Notes: generated from the letters alone by a model not told the origin. Positions 21,384 through 31,555 are shown, counted from the first letter of the stretch. The stretch: DNA of 37,718 bases from Candidatus Hodarchaeaceae archaeon (GCA_030018135.1 JASEGJ010000009.1:1-37718); one strand, 5' to 3'. A program made the numbers and translations.

Positions 21384-24300
21384 ATGATCAAACAAGCTCA
21401 GAAGACCTATGATGCTAAAAAATCCGAGCAAGAAGTCCATGCTTGGTGGCAAGCGAGCGATATATATAACAAGCTCAAGCGATCGCGCGCCGACGCCCCG
21501 ACTTGGTTCTTCTTGGATGGTCCGCCTTATGCAAGCGGTGCGATCCACTTGGGCACTGCTTGGAACAAGATAATTAAGGATGCCGTCTTGCGCTACAAGA
21601 CCATGCGCGGTTTCAACGTCCTTCGACAGCCGGGCTGGGACTGCCACGGCCTGCCGATCGAGGTCAAGGTCGAGGAGAAGCTCGGCGTCAAGTCCAAAAA
21701 GGACATCGAGCAGGTGATAGGGGTCGAGCGGTTCATCGAGGAGTGCAGGCAATGGGCGCTCAAGCACATCGCGCTCATGACGGAGCAGTTCAAGCGCCTC
21801 GGTGTATGGATGGATTGGGACAGCCCCTACGTCACGTTCACGAACGACTACATCGAATCCGCTTGGTGGACGCTTAAACGAGCGCACGAGAGCGGCCTGC
21901 TGCAGATGGACTTGCGGATAATTCACTGGTGCCCGCGCTGCGAGACGGCGCTTGCCGAGCACGAGATCCGGGGCGAATATCAGGATGTTCGAGACCCGTC
22001 GCTTTTCGCCCGCTTCAAGCTGGCGGATAGGCCGAATGAATACCTTCTCATCTGGACGACTACCCCTTGGACCCTGCCGGCAAATGTCGCGGTTTGCGTG
22101 CATCCAGATTATTCATACGCAAGGGTCAAAGTAGACGGCGACATCTACATCCTAGCTGAGGCGCTCGTCGCCAACGTGATGGGTGAACTGGGGGTCGGCA
22201 ACTATCAGTTGATGGGCCTAGTGAAGGGCAAGGAACTTGAGGGCCTTCGCTACGAGCCTCCGCTGCTCGAGGAGGTTCCAAAGCAGCGCGAGTTTCAATC
22301 CCACTACCGCGTGATATGCGGGGAGCACGTCACGCTCGAGGAGGGCACGGGCTGCGTCCACACCGCGCCCGGCCATGGTGAAGAGGACTTCGCGGTCGGG
22401 GCGAAGTACGGCCTGCCCGTCTTCAGCCCCGTCGGCCCGGATGGGAAGTTCACGGCCGAAGCTGGGAAGTATGCGGGCCTGTTCGTCAAGGATGCTGACA
22501 GGGTGATCCTCGAGGACCTGGAGCGAAAGGGCGTGCTGCTGAAGCGGGGCGTCATCACGCACCCCTATCCCCACTGCTGGCGCTGCCAAGTTCCGCTGAT
22601 CTTCCGGGCGACCGAGCAATGGTTCCTCAAGATTTCCGACATCAAACCGAGGATCCTCGAGAAGAACAGTGCGGGCGTTCGATGGGTCCCGGACTGGGTC
22701 GCCACCCGTTATGTGAATGGCGTCGAGTCGGTCGGCGATTGGTGCATCTCCCGCCAGCGCTACTGGGGAATACCGCTCCCCATCTGGATTTGCCAGAATT
22801 GCGACGACATGGTCTTGATCGGCGGCAGGGAGGGGCTAGCAACCTTGGCCTCAGGGCCGCTTGGCGAGACGGACTTACACAGGCCGCACATCGATCGCGT
22901 GAAGTTGCGCTGTCAGAAGTGCCAGGGCGAGATGCGGCGCGTGCCGGATGTGCTCGACGTTTGGTTCGACTCCGGCATATGCTCGTGGGCTAGCTTGGGC
23001 TACCCGAGGCACGGGGAGCCGTTCAAGAGCCTCTGGCCGAGCGACTTTATCACGGAGGGCGAGGATCAGGTGACCAAATGGTTCTACAGCCAGCAGGCGG
23101 CTTCCGTCATAGCATTCGGCGAGGTGCCGTACAGACTTGTGCTCATGCATGGATTTGCGCTTGACGAGCACGGCAGAAAGATGTCGAAGTCCCTCGGCAA
23201 CGTGGTAGAGCCGAGCGAGGTCATCGACAAGTATGGGGCCGATGTGTTGCGCTTCTACATGCTATCCGCGAACCCGCCCTGGGAGGACCTCAGGTTCAAC
23301 TGGAAGGGAGTCGATGTCGTAAATCGGATGTTGAACGTGCTCTGGAACGTTTACGTTTTTGCGACGACCTACATGGCGCTGGACGAGTTCGATCCCAAAA
23401 AGATCGACATGGGAAAAATCAGAGGCCACTTTTTGCCGGAAGACCTGTGGATGCTCTCGCGGACAAACAGCGTTACGCGCGGGGTCACCGAGGCATTTGA
23501 GGAATTCAACATACACATTGCCGCCCGGGCCCTTGCCAATTTCGTGCTCGAGGACCTGAGCAGGTGGTATGTGCGCCTCGTGAGGGAGAGGGTATGGGTC
23601 GAACGCGAGGACCCCAGAAAACTGGCTGCATATGTGGTGTTATACCAGGCGTTGCACTCGTTGATCAGGCTGCTGGCCCCGATCATGCCCTATGTCACGG
23701 AGGTAATGTATCGCGACTTGGTCAAGGCGGTCGATGCTAGGGCCCCCGAAAGCGTACATATGTTGCCGTGGCCGTCCGTCCAGGAGGCGGCCATCGATGC
23801 TGAATTAGAGCAGGGCATGAGCATCGCCCGCGTGCTGGTCGAGGGAGCGGCGGCGGCGAGGCAACAGGCGAACCTAAAGTTGCGGTGGCCCATAGGCAAG
23901 GCCATCGTGCAGACCTCCTCGCCGGAGATGGTGAGGTTGCTGCGCGGCCTTCAATCCGTGCTCAAGGGCCAGCTGAACTGCAAGGAGCTGGTTTTGCTCG
24001 GGCCGGAGGAGTACGCCGCGGAGTTCCGCTTGGTTTGCAAACCGGACATGAGAAGTTTAACGGAAAAATTCGGCGGACTTGCGCCGGCCATTGTTGACAC
24101 CGTTCAGAGAATGGACGTGAGGCGCCTGCGTGCGGAACTTCGGCGCTATGGGTTTGCGGGCCTGCAGATCGCGGGACAGAAGGTCAGGATTTCGAGCGAA
24201 GACGTGGCCTTTGAGGAGGCACTGCCGGATGGGTTCGCGGTCGCTCCGACGGAGTTCGGCAGGGTGATCATCGACGCCCGCTTGACGCCGGAGCTCAAGG

Positions 24301-24578
24301 CGGAGTGCTTGGCTCGCGAACTCGTGAGGCGGCTCCAGACCATGCGCAAGGAGCAGGACCTGGCAATGGAGGAGCGCGTCGATGTGGTGATAGGCACCAA
24401 GGCTGACGAGCACGTAAAATTGCTCGCTTCCCAACAGGGGTACATCGCCCGGGAGGTTCGAGCACAAAACCTACGCATCTGCCGCTCGGAGGAGGTTGCC
24501 GGCCCAGGCTGCGTTAAGGACTGGAACGTCGATGGAGACAGCTTCAGGTTGCTCGTTAGGCGCTTGTCCAAGAGCTAG
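21384..24578 (+). CDS. ileS: isoleucine--tRNA ligase
   Basis: DGPPYA, HLGT, GWDCHGLP, WTTTPWTLP, GTGCVH, DWCISRQRYWG, KMSKS. Confidence 0.97.
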   Translation: MIKQAQKTYDAKKSEQEVHAWWQASDIYNKLKRSRADAPTWFFLDGPPYASGAIHLGTAWNKIIKDAVLRYKTMRGFNVLRQPGWDCHGLPIEVKVEEKLGVKSKKDIEQVIGVERFIEECRQWALKHIALMTEQFKRLGVWMDWDSPYVTFTNDYIESAWWTLKRAHESGLLQMDLRIIHWCPRCETALAEHEIRGEYQDVRDPSLFARFKLADRPNEYLLIWTTTPWTLPANVAVCVHPDYSYARVKVDGDIYILAEALVANVMGELGVGNYQLMGLVKGKELEGLRYEPPLLEEVPKQREFQSHYRVICGEHVTLEEGTGCVHTAPGHGEEDFAVGAKYGLPVFSPVGPDGKFTAEAGKYAGLFVKDADRVILEDLERKGVLLKRGVITHPYPHCWRCQVPLIFRATEQWFLKISDIKPRILEKNSAGVRWVPDWVATRYVNGVESVGDWCISRQRYWGIPLPIWICQNCDDMVLIGGREGLATLASGPLGETDLHRPHIDRVKLRCQKCQGEMRRVPDVLDVWFDSGICSWASLGYPRHGEPFKSLWPSDFITEGEDQVTKWFYSQQAASVIAFGEVPYRLVLMHGFALDEHGRKMSKSLGNVVEPSEVIDKYGADVLRFYMLSANPPWEDLRFNWKGVDVVNRMLNVLWNVYVFATTYMALDEFDPKKIDMGKIRGHFLPEDLWMLSRTNSVTRGVTEAFEEFNIHIAARALANFVLEDLSRWYVRLVRERVWVEREDPRKLAAYVVLYQALHSLIRLLAPIMPYVTEVMYRDLVKAVDARAPESVHMLPWPSVQEAAIDAELEQGMSIARVLVEGAAAARQQANLKLRWPIGKAIVQTSSPEMVRLLRGLQSVLKGQLNCKELVLLGPEEYAAEFRLVCKPDMRSLTEKFGGLAPAIVDTVQRMDVRRLRAELRRYGFAGLQIAGQKVRISSEDVAFEEALPDGFAVAPTEFGRVIIDARLTPELKAECLARELVRRLQTMRKEQDLAMEERVDVVIGTKADEHVKLLASQQGYIAREVRAQNLRICRSEEVAGPGCVKDWNVDGDSFRLLVRRLSKS

Positions 24579-24580
24579 AA

Positions 24581-24637
24581 CTAGCAGGGCTTCTTCTCCC
24601 CTTTTGGCTTCTTCTTGGGCTTCCTACACGCTACCAT
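24581..24637 (-). CDS. putative 18-aa Lys-rich micropeptide MVACRKPKKKPKGEKKPC
   Basis: GGCGGTGA RBS about 5 nt before the ATG, AT-rich boxes upstream, stop 2 nt from the ileS stop; below the ORF-track cutoff. Confidence 0.55.
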   Translation of the reverse strand: MVACRKPKKKPKGEKKPC

Positions 24638-24722
24638 TTTTTCACCGCCTTGTTGGTGGCACAATTAAACGTATTCCAAGCAGTTAATAATATTCTCTAC
24701 CGCAGTTTAGGATGGGGAATTC

Positions 24723-25997
24723 ATGAGGACCTCGGAAATCCCCGGGTTTTACAAGCTGAGCCCAGGGGAAAGGCTGAAGATCGTGCGGGAGTTCGCCGGC
24801 CTGAGCGATGAGGAGGCGGAAATCCTCAGGAAAACTGGGGCCCTAGAGCTTGAGCAGGCAAACAGGATGATAGAGAACGTGATAGGCACGACCCAGCTGC
24901 CCTTGGGCATAGCGGTTAACTTCCTCATAAACGGCAGGGACTATCTGGTGCCCATGGCCATAGAGGAGCCCTCCGTGGTCGCCGCCGCCTCAAATGCCGC
25001 GAAGATGGCTCGGGTCAAGGGGGGCTTCCGGGCGAGCAGCACCGAGCCGCTCATGATAGGGCAGGTCCAGCTCACGGGCTTGGACGACCCGTTCAGGGCA
25101 AGGGAGGCGATCCTGTCGGAAAAGGGGAGGATAATCCAAATCGCTAACGAACAGGACCCTATGCTCGTGAAGCTCGGCGGGGGGGCGAAGGACCTCGAGG
25201 CAAGGGTGCTCGACACCGCGGCGGGGGCGATGGTGGTCGTGCATCTGATCATCGACACCCGGGATGCGATGGGTGCAAACGTCGTCAACACCATGGCCGA
25301 GGCAGTTGCGCCCTTCATCGAGCGGATAACCGGCGGGAGGGTCTACCTCAGGATCGTTTCGAACCTCGCGGCTCTGAGGCTGGCGAGGGCTGAGGCCGTC
25401 TTCGCAGAGGAGGCCGTTGGCGGGGAGGAGGTCGTGGATGGCGTCGTCCAGGCTTACGCGTTCGCGGCCGCTGACCCGTATCGATGCGCCACCCACAACA
25501 AGGGGGTGATGAATGGGGTCGTAGCTGTCGCCCTAGCCACGGGCAATGATACTAGAGCACTTGAGTCCGGCGCGCACTCGTATGCGGCGATGAAGGGAGG
25601 GTACAAGCCTTTGACGAGTTGGGAGAAGACCCCCGAAGGCGACCTGTTAGGGAGGATAGAGCTCCCTGTGGCGGTGGGCATCGTGGGCGGGGCGACTGCG
25701 AGCAACCCCGTGGCTAGGGTTTGCCTCAAGATCCTAGGGGTGAAAACAGCCCGGGAACTCGGGGAAGTGATGGCGGCGGTCGGCTTGGCTCAGAACCTCG
25801 CGGCGATCAGGGCTCTCGCGGCGGAGGGCATTCAATTGGGTCATATGTCGTTGCACGCGCGGAACATCGCGATCATGGCTGGTGCAAAGGGCGAACTCAT
25901 AGATGAGGTCGCGGAGCGATTGGTCAGGGAGAGGAAAATTAGGGTCGATCGAGCAAAGGAGATTTTACAAGAAATTCAGGGTGATGTGCCCTCTTGA
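24723..25997 (+). CDS. mvaA: class II HMG-CoA reductase
   Basis: ENVIG, EEPSVVAA, DAMGAN, THNKG, RAL.EG, GHMSLH. Confidence 0.92.
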   Translation: MRTSEIPGFYKLSPGERLKIVREFAGLSDEEAEILRKTGALELEQANRMIENVIGTTQLPLGIAVNFLINGRDYLVPMAIEEPSVVAAASNAAKMARVKGGFRASSTEPLMIGQVQLTGLDDPFRAREAILSEKGRIIQIANEQDPMLVKLGGGAKDLEARVLDTAAGAMVVVHLIIDTRDAMGANVVNTMAEAVAPFIERITGGRVYLRIVSNLAALRLARAEAVFAEEAVGGEEVVDGVVQAYAFAAADPYRCATHNKGVMNGVVAVALATGNDTRALESGAHSYAAMKGGYKPLTSWEKTPEGDLLGRIELPVAVGIVGGATASNPVARVCLKILGVKTARELGEVMAAVGLAQNLAAIRALAAEGIQLGHMSLHARNIAIMAGAKGELIDEVAERLVRERKIRVDRAKEILQEIQGDVPS

Positions 25998-26174
25998 GGA
26001 TATGAAAGCCGGGGGCTGATGAATGTGGATTTCTCGTTGTGCTCCATTGCAGGGTCGCGTTAAAAGGGCTGTTTCACCTAAATCCCAGAGATCGTCATTT
26101 CGATAAATCTCGCCAAACTGCTCGATCGCCAAACCTTATTTACGTGATGGCGAATCCTGTGTCGGTATCCACAC

Positions 26175-27425
26175 ATGGTCATTAAGATGCTTAGGTGCCT
26201 GAAATGCGGCCGAGCGCACGAGCCAGCTCGAACGCTTTATACCTGCGAGAAATGCGGCGGAAAGTTGGAGATCGTCTACGATTACGATGCGGTCGCCGAA
26301 AAGATCGATAAGAAGGCCCTCGCGAAGCGGTCCATGGGCGTTTGGAAGTACCGAGAGCTTTTGCCGGTCGACGACCCAAAAAACATCGTCACGCTAAATG
26401 AGGGTGGCACGCCGCTGCTCGAGGCGCGGAACTTGGCGCGCGAGCTAGGCCTGAAACACCTTTGGCTGAAGGACGAGACTAGGAACCCCACGGCGTCCTT
26501 CAAGGATCGCCCCATGAGCGTCGGCATCTCGAAGGCCGTCGAGTTCGGCGCGCAGACGGTGGTGACCGCGTCCAGCGGAAACGCCGCGATAGCGCTCGCC
26601 GCGTACGCCGCGAAGGCCGGAATAAAATGCTACGCGTTCGTCCCAGCCGACGCCCCAGAGGCCAAGCTGGCACAGCTCTCGATCTACGGCGCTCGTGCGA
26701 TCAGGGGCGCCCCAAAAGGCATAGGGGACCCGGCCTACAAGCTGATGCAGATCGCGCACAAGCGCTACGGCTGGCACCCCATACCCAGCTGCAGCGCTTT
26801 CAACCCCTACCAGCCCGAGGGCTCTAAGACCATGTCGTACGAGATAATCGAACAGTTAAATTGGCAAGTTCCAGACTGGGTGATCGTGCCAACTGGGGCC
26901 GGAACGTTGGTCTCGGGAAATGCCAAGGGTTATTTTGAATTTGAGCAACTCGACTTTATCGATCACGTGCCGCATCTGGCTGCAATTCAGGCCGAGGGTT
27001 GCGCGCCGCTCGTCAGGGGCTTCAAGGAGGGCAAGCCGCCCCACGAAATACCGACTTGGCCCAACCCGAAAACGATCGCTGGGGGCTTGGTGGATCCCTA
27101 CCCATGGGATGCCGATATCGCGATACCCGCCATCAGAAAATCGGAGGGCGCTGCGGAAACGGTGGCTGATGCTGAAATCTTGGAGGCTGAAAAGCTGTTG
27201 GCCAAGATGGAGGGCATCTTCGCGGAACCATCCGGAGCGGCTGGATTGGCGGGACTCGGAAGGCTACTCGAGGCAGGCGTAATCGATCGGTCCGATGTGG
27301 TGGTCGTCGAAGTCACCGGCAGCGGCCTGAAGGACATAAAAATCGTAACTCAGCTCTTTGAGGTGCCGCCGGTGATCGAGCCCGAATTGAAACAGCTCGA
27401 GGGACTCCTCGAGAAACTGCGTTAG
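26175..27425 (+). CDS. thrC: threonine synthase-like PLP enzyme (fold type II)
   Basis: N-terminal CxxC...CxxC, EGGTPL, NPTASFKDR, ASSGN, PTGAG, EPS, TGSGLK. Confidence 0.78.
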   Translation: MVIKMLRCLKCGRAHEPARTLYTCEKCGGKLEIVYDYDAVAEKIDKKALAKRSMGVWKYRELLPVDDPKNIVTLNEGGTPLLEARNLARELGLKHLWLKDETRNPTASFKDRPMSVGISKAVEFGAQTVVTASSGNAAIALAAYAAKAGIKCYAFVPADAPEAKLAQLSIYGARAIRGAPKGIGDPAYKLMQIAHKRYGWHPIPSCSAFNPYQPEGSKTMSYEIIEQLNWQVPDWVIVPTGAGTLVSGNAKGYFEFEQLDFIDHVPHLAAIQAEGCAPLVRGFKEGKPPHEIPTWPNPKTIAGGLVDPYPWDADIAIPAIRKSEGAAETVADAEILEAEKLLAKMEGIFAEPSGAAGLAGLGRLLEAGVIDRSDVVVVEVTGSGLKDIKIVTQLFEVPPVIEPELKQLEGLLEKLR

Positions 27426-27433
27426 GCCCCGCG

Positions 27434-28492
27434 TCAGCCCATCAGCATCGCCATTATCGCCTTTTGCACGTGCATGCGGTTTTCGGCCTCGTCGAACACG
27501 ACCGAGTGTGGCCCGTCGATGACCTCGTCGGTGACCTCGAAGCCTCGGTCGGCTGGCAGGCAGTGCATGTAGGCCACGCCCTCATTGCAAAGGTCAATCT
27601 TCGCTTGGTCGCAGATCCAGTGTTTATTGGCATCGAAGAGTTTCTTCAGCCCGTCGAAATCGGGCGACTTGGCCTTCGGGGGTATGAAGTCCAAGCTCAG
27701 CCAAGACTTGGGATAAACCACATCCGCACCCTCGAAGGCTTCGTCCACGTCGTAGCTGACTTCAAACGACCCCCCGTATCGATCGGAGTTCTCCTCGCAC
27801 CAGCGTATCACTTGGGGATCAAGTTCGAAGCCCCTTGGGTGCGCGAGCGTCACGTCGAGCCCGTACATCGTCGCCATCAACACCGCGCTTTGCGGCACGG
27901 CCATCGGCTTTTCGACGCTGGGGGTATACGCCCAGCTCATCACGAATTTCTTGCCCTCTGGCTTAGGATATCGCTCGAGGACCGTCATTATGTCCGCCAT
28001 CGCCTGGCATGGATGATACATGTCGCACTCCATGTTGATGACCGGAACATCGGCCCACTGCGCGAACTCACGCACGATTTGATTGCCCCTTCCGTAGATC
28101 CACTTTGCATGCTTGCCGTAGATTCTTATCGCTATACCATCGCCGTATCGCGCTAAAACCCGACCCACGTCGGCGATGCGCTCGGTTTTGTATGCCTCCT
28201 CATCACCGGGCAAGGCGGGCGTGTAGATCGAGTCGTGCGGATCGAGAAAATGCGCGTGTCCGCCTAGCTGGGTCATGCCCGCCTCGAAACTATTCCGCGT
28301 GCGGAGCGAGCGGTTGTAGAATATCAGAAACAATGTCTTGCCATCAAGGTAGCGGTGCTGCTCGCCCTTCTTAAACTTCTTCTTTAAATCCAAGGCCGCC
28401 TCCAAGATATCATCCAAATCCTCGCGACCCCAGTCCTGCGTGTTTATCCAATCCCTGCCCCTGAAGGCGCCGACATACTCGGGTATGGCCAT
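27434..28492 (-). CDS. carbamoyltransferase of the YgeW / N-acetylornithine type
   Basis: SLRTR, HPCQ, HCLPADRG, EAENR; WAYTPSVEKPMAVPQ loop and YPKSW instead of the OTC DxxxSMG; GGAGGTG RBS before ATG 28492. Confidence 0.85.
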   Translation of the reverse strand: MAIPEYVGAFRGRDWINTQDWGREDLDDILEAALDLKKKFKKGEQHRYLDGKTLFLIFYNRSLRTRNSFEAGMTQLGGHAHFLDPHDSIYTPALPGDEEAYKTERIADVGRVLARYGDGIAIRIYGKHAKWIYGRGNQIVREFAQWADVPVINMECDMYHPCQAMADIMTVLERYPKPEGKKFVMSWAYTPSVEKPMAVPQSAVLMATMYGLDVTLAHPRGFELDPQVIRWCEENSDRYGGSFEVSYDVDEAFEGADVVYPKSWLSLDFIPPKAKSPDFDGLKKLFDANKHWICDQAKIDLCNEGVAYMHCLPADRGFEVTDEVIDGPHSVVFDEAENRMHVQKAIMAMLMG

Positions 28493-28626
28493 GTGAACAC
28501 CTCCTGATAACAACCCGCCCCCAAAATTTAAGTTTTGCCCTCTTTCCTCTCTCCTACTTTACAAATACAATAGACTAAAGTTTAATAAAGCGAACTCCCG
28601 ATAGCGTCTTAAGCCCGGTGGAAGCG

Positions 28627-29019
28627 ATGAGATTATTCGTCTACGAGGACAAATGCACGGGATGCCGGCTTTGTACGCTCGTCTGCTCGTTGAGGCACGA
28701 AGGCATTTGCAACCCGAGCAAGTCCAGGATTCGGGTGGAACGCCGAAGCGTCGCAGTGGATCGCCCAATCGTGTGCCGACAGTGCGACAATGCACCATGC
28801 ATCGCAGCATGCCCATATGGCGCCCTAAGTCGAGATTTAAGCGGTGCCATTCAGGTCGATGAAAACTTGTGCACCGCCTGTGGCCTGTGCCAGACCGCAT
28901 GCCCATTCGATGCGATACGCATGCATCCATCGAAACACGTCGCGATGATCTGCGACCTCTGCGGCGGCGAGCCCCAATGTGCTAAATACTGCGTGCTCGG
29001 GGCGTTGAAGGTGGCCTAG
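28627..29019 (+). CDS. multi-[4Fe-4S] ferredoxin-like protein (AOR partner)
   Basis: CTGCRLCTLVC, CRQC...CIAACP, CTACGLCQTACP, CDLC...CAKYC. Confidence 0.92.
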   Translation: MRLFVYEDKCTGCRLCTLVCSLRHEGICNPSKSRIRVERRSVAVDRPIVCRQCDNAPCIAACPYGALSRDLSGAIQVDENLCTACGLCQTACPFDAIRMHPSKHVAMICDLCGGEPQCAKYCVLGALKVA

Positions 29020-30876
29020 ATGTATGGATACGGCGGCAAGCTGCTTTACGTCGACCTCTCCAGCGGCAAAATAGTCAAACGGAAGCTGGACGAGGGGTTC
29101 GCGCGAAAATACGTCGGCGGCAACGGCTTTGGTGCCCGCCTGCTCTACGACAATGTTAAAGCGGGCGTGGACCCACTTGGCCCGGACAACTGCCTAATCT
29201 TCGCCCCGGGTGCCTTTTGCGGCTCACCCGTGCCAGAGGCCTCCAAGTCAGGTTTCTACGCGAAATCCCCGCTCACCGGGGCATTCAGCGAGGCGATTCT
29301 CGGCAGCGGCATCGGACCCGAGCTGAAGAACGCTGGTTATGATGCGTTCCTCGTGCGCGGCAGGGCTAAACAGTGGTCGTACCTATGGGTAGACGACGAT
29401 GACGTGCGCATAGAGGATGCCAGTCATTTGGTTGGCCGATCCACCCTCGATACGCTTGATGGCATTCGTGAGGACATCGGCGATTTGAAGGTAATGGTTG
29501 CATGCATAGGCCCGGCGGGTGAAAACTTAGTCAGGTTTGCATGCATCGAAAGCGACTTTCGTCAAGCTGGTCGCACGGGCTTGGGCGCTGTGATGGGCAG
29601 CAAGCTCTTGAAGGCAATAGCCGTGCGGGGCAGCCGCGACTTTGAGATAGCCGATGCTGAGCTCATGGAGGGGCTCCTAGCTGAGTGGTACGATCGAATC
29701 GCGACTCACCCCCAAGCAATTTCGGACATAAAATATGGCACCGGTGAGTTCATCGGCACGCTGAACGAGATACACGGCGTCTTTCCAACGCGCAACTGGC
29801 AGGACTCCGTCTTCAAGGGGTACCGCACGATCGCGCCACAATATTGGGTGCCCAAGTACTCGATAAAGACCAAGGCCTGCCACACGTGCATCAAACCCTG
29901 CGGCAAGGTCTTCGTCATCAACGATGGACCATATGCGGGGGTTTCGATCGATGGCCCCGAATTTGAAACCCAGTATTCTTTGGGCGGATGTGTCGGCAAC
30001 GCTGACCCAGAGTTGCTCGCGAAGGCGAACGAACTTTGCGATAAACTGGGCATAGACACGATATCGGCTGGCGTCGTCATCGCTTGGGCCATGGAGTGTT
30101 ATGAGCGCGGCCTGCTGACATCGAGCGATACGGGTGGCCTGAAGCTTAACTTCGGCAACGCGGAGGCCATCTTAAAGCTGCTGGAGATGATCGCCCGGCG
30201 CCAAGGCATCGGCGACATGCTCGCGGAGGGGGTGCGCGAGGCATCGCGGCGGCTCGGCAAGGGCTCGGAGATGTTTGCGATGCACGTTAAGGGCCTAGAA
30301 CCGCCGGCATACGATGCAAGGGGACTGAAGGGCATGGGGCTAGCCTACGCCGTCTCCACGCGAGGTGCTTGCCACCTGCGCTCATGCGCTTATGCTCCGG
30401 AGCTGAGCGGCAGCTGGTGGAAATTCAAGCGCGTTGATAGGCTCTCCGCCGAGGATAAGGCGTACGTCAAAACGATCGAGGATGTCATGGCCCTGTACGA
30501 TACCGTTGGCATATGCAAGTTCTCGCGCCACTTCTACTTCGTCGAAGAACTGCCAGATTTTTTTATGGCCGTGCATGGCTACGACCTTGACGATAAGGAG
30601 CTGCTGAAACTTGGCGAGCGCGTCTACAACCTCGAAAAGGCATTTAACGTGCGCGAGGGATTTGACCGAAGGCACGATACCCTGCCGCCACGTCTGCTGA
30701 ACGAGCCAGTGCGCGAAGGGGGCTCGAGGGAGAGCGTCATCACGAACGAGGAACTCAACCGCATGTTGGACGAATACTACGAGGCTCGCGGCTGGGATAA
30801 AAATGGCATCCCGACACGCGCCAAGCTTGAAGAACTTGAACTCAACGATATCACCGACGACTTAAAACTGAGGTAA
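29020..30876 (+). CDS. aor: tungstopterin aldehyde:ferredoxin oxidoreductase family protein
   Basis: KSPLTG, IGPAGENLV, GRTGLGAVMGSK, CHTCIKPC, DKLGIDTIS, RGACH, DTVGICKF, YYEARGW. Confidence 0.92.
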   Translation: MYGYGGKLLYVDLSSGKIVKRKLDEGFARKYVGGNGFGARLLYDNVKAGVDPLGPDNCLIFAPGAFCGSPVPEASKSGFYAKSPLTGAFSEAILGSGIGPELKNAGYDAFLVRGRAKQWSYLWVDDDDVRIEDASHLVGRSTLDTLDGIREDIGDLKVMVACIGPAGENLVRFACIESDFRQAGRTGLGAVMGSKLLKAIAVRGSRDFEIADAELMEGLLAEWYDRIATHPQAISDIKYGTGEFIGTLNEIHGVFPTRNWQDSVFKGYRTIAPQYWVPKYSIKTKACHTCIKPCGKVFVINDGPYAGVSIDGPEFETQYSLGGCVGNADPELLAKANELCDKLGIDTISAGVVIAWAMECYERGLLTSSDTGGLKLNFGNAEAILKLLEMIARRQGIGDMLAEGVREASRRLGKGSEMFAMHVKGLEPPAYDARGLKGMGLAYAVSTRGACHLRSCAYAPELSGSWWKFKRVDRLSAEDKAYVKTIEDVMALYDTVGICKFSRHFYFVEELPDFFMAVHGYDLDDKELLKLGERVYNLEKAFNVREGFDRRHDTLPPRLLNEPVREGGSRESVITNEELNRMLDEYYEARGWDKNGIPTRAKLEELELNDITDDLKLR

Positions 30877-30880
30877 CCCG

Positions 30881-31555
30881 ATGGAGATTGTCTACGAGGG
30901 CAAGACCAAGCGCATCTTGCACGCCGGGGAGCGCATCATCCTGCAGTTTAAGGATGCCGTGACCGGCGATGCCGCGGGCAACGTCGATCCGGGCGGAAAT
31001 TTCATCGTTGGAAGTGTGAAGGGGAAAGGCGCTGCATCCGCAAAGGTAGCCGCCCACTTTTTCAAAATCTTAGGCGATGCGGGAGTTGACACGCATTTTT
31101 GTGGCGTGCGCTCGGAAACGGAGGTAGAGGTCCTTCTAGCGGCGAGAATCCCGCTTGAGGTAGTTTATCGTGCGAAGGCGTACGGAAGCTTTCTCACCAG
31201 ATATCGCAACCATGTGGCGCCGATGTCGTCGCTCGATATAGTTGAATTCAACCTCAAGGATGACGCAATCGGCGATCCACTCATCACGCCCCAAGCCGTG
31301 GTTAAGCTTGGAATTGCGGATGCGGGCGAACTTGAACGGATGGAAGCCGTGACTCGCAAAGTTGCCCTACTCGTGGCGAAATCGCTCCTCGATCTCGGTC
31401 TTGAGTTGGTCGACATGAAGCTTGAGTTCGGGCGCGTCGGCGGCAAACTGTTGGTGGTCGATGAGCTGAGCGGCGACACGATGCGCATCTACGACTCGGC
31501 AGAAAAAAAGTTATTAAATCAGGTAGAGTTGGCCCGCAAACTTGGTCTTATTTAA
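30881..31555 (+). CDS. purC: SAICAR synthase
   Basis: YEGKTK, FKD, IPLEVV.R...GS, KDD..GDP, LVDMKLEFG, DEL..D.MR. Confidence 0.88.
   Translation: MEIVYEGKTKRILHAGERIILQFKDAVTGDAAGNVDPGGNFIVGSVKGKGAASAKVAAHFFKILGDAGVDTHFCGVRSETEVEVLLAARIPLEVVYRAKAYGSFLTRYRNHVAPMSSLDIVEFNLKDDAIGDPLITPQAVVKLGIADAGELERMEAVTRKVALLVAKSLLDLGLELVDMKLEFGRVGGKLLVVDELSGDTMRIYDSAEKKLLNQVELARKLGLI

Noticed and set aside
25981-26174. Possible box C/D sRNA or micro-ORF after mvaA (TGATG, ATGA and CTGA motifs)
   Set aside because: Box order and spacing do not form a convincing C/D'/C'/D unit, no target is evident, and the ORFs are trivial.
31480-31555. PurC lacks the usual C-terminal DK..R segment
   Set aside because: Core catalytic motifs and overall length are normal; not enough to claim a new function.
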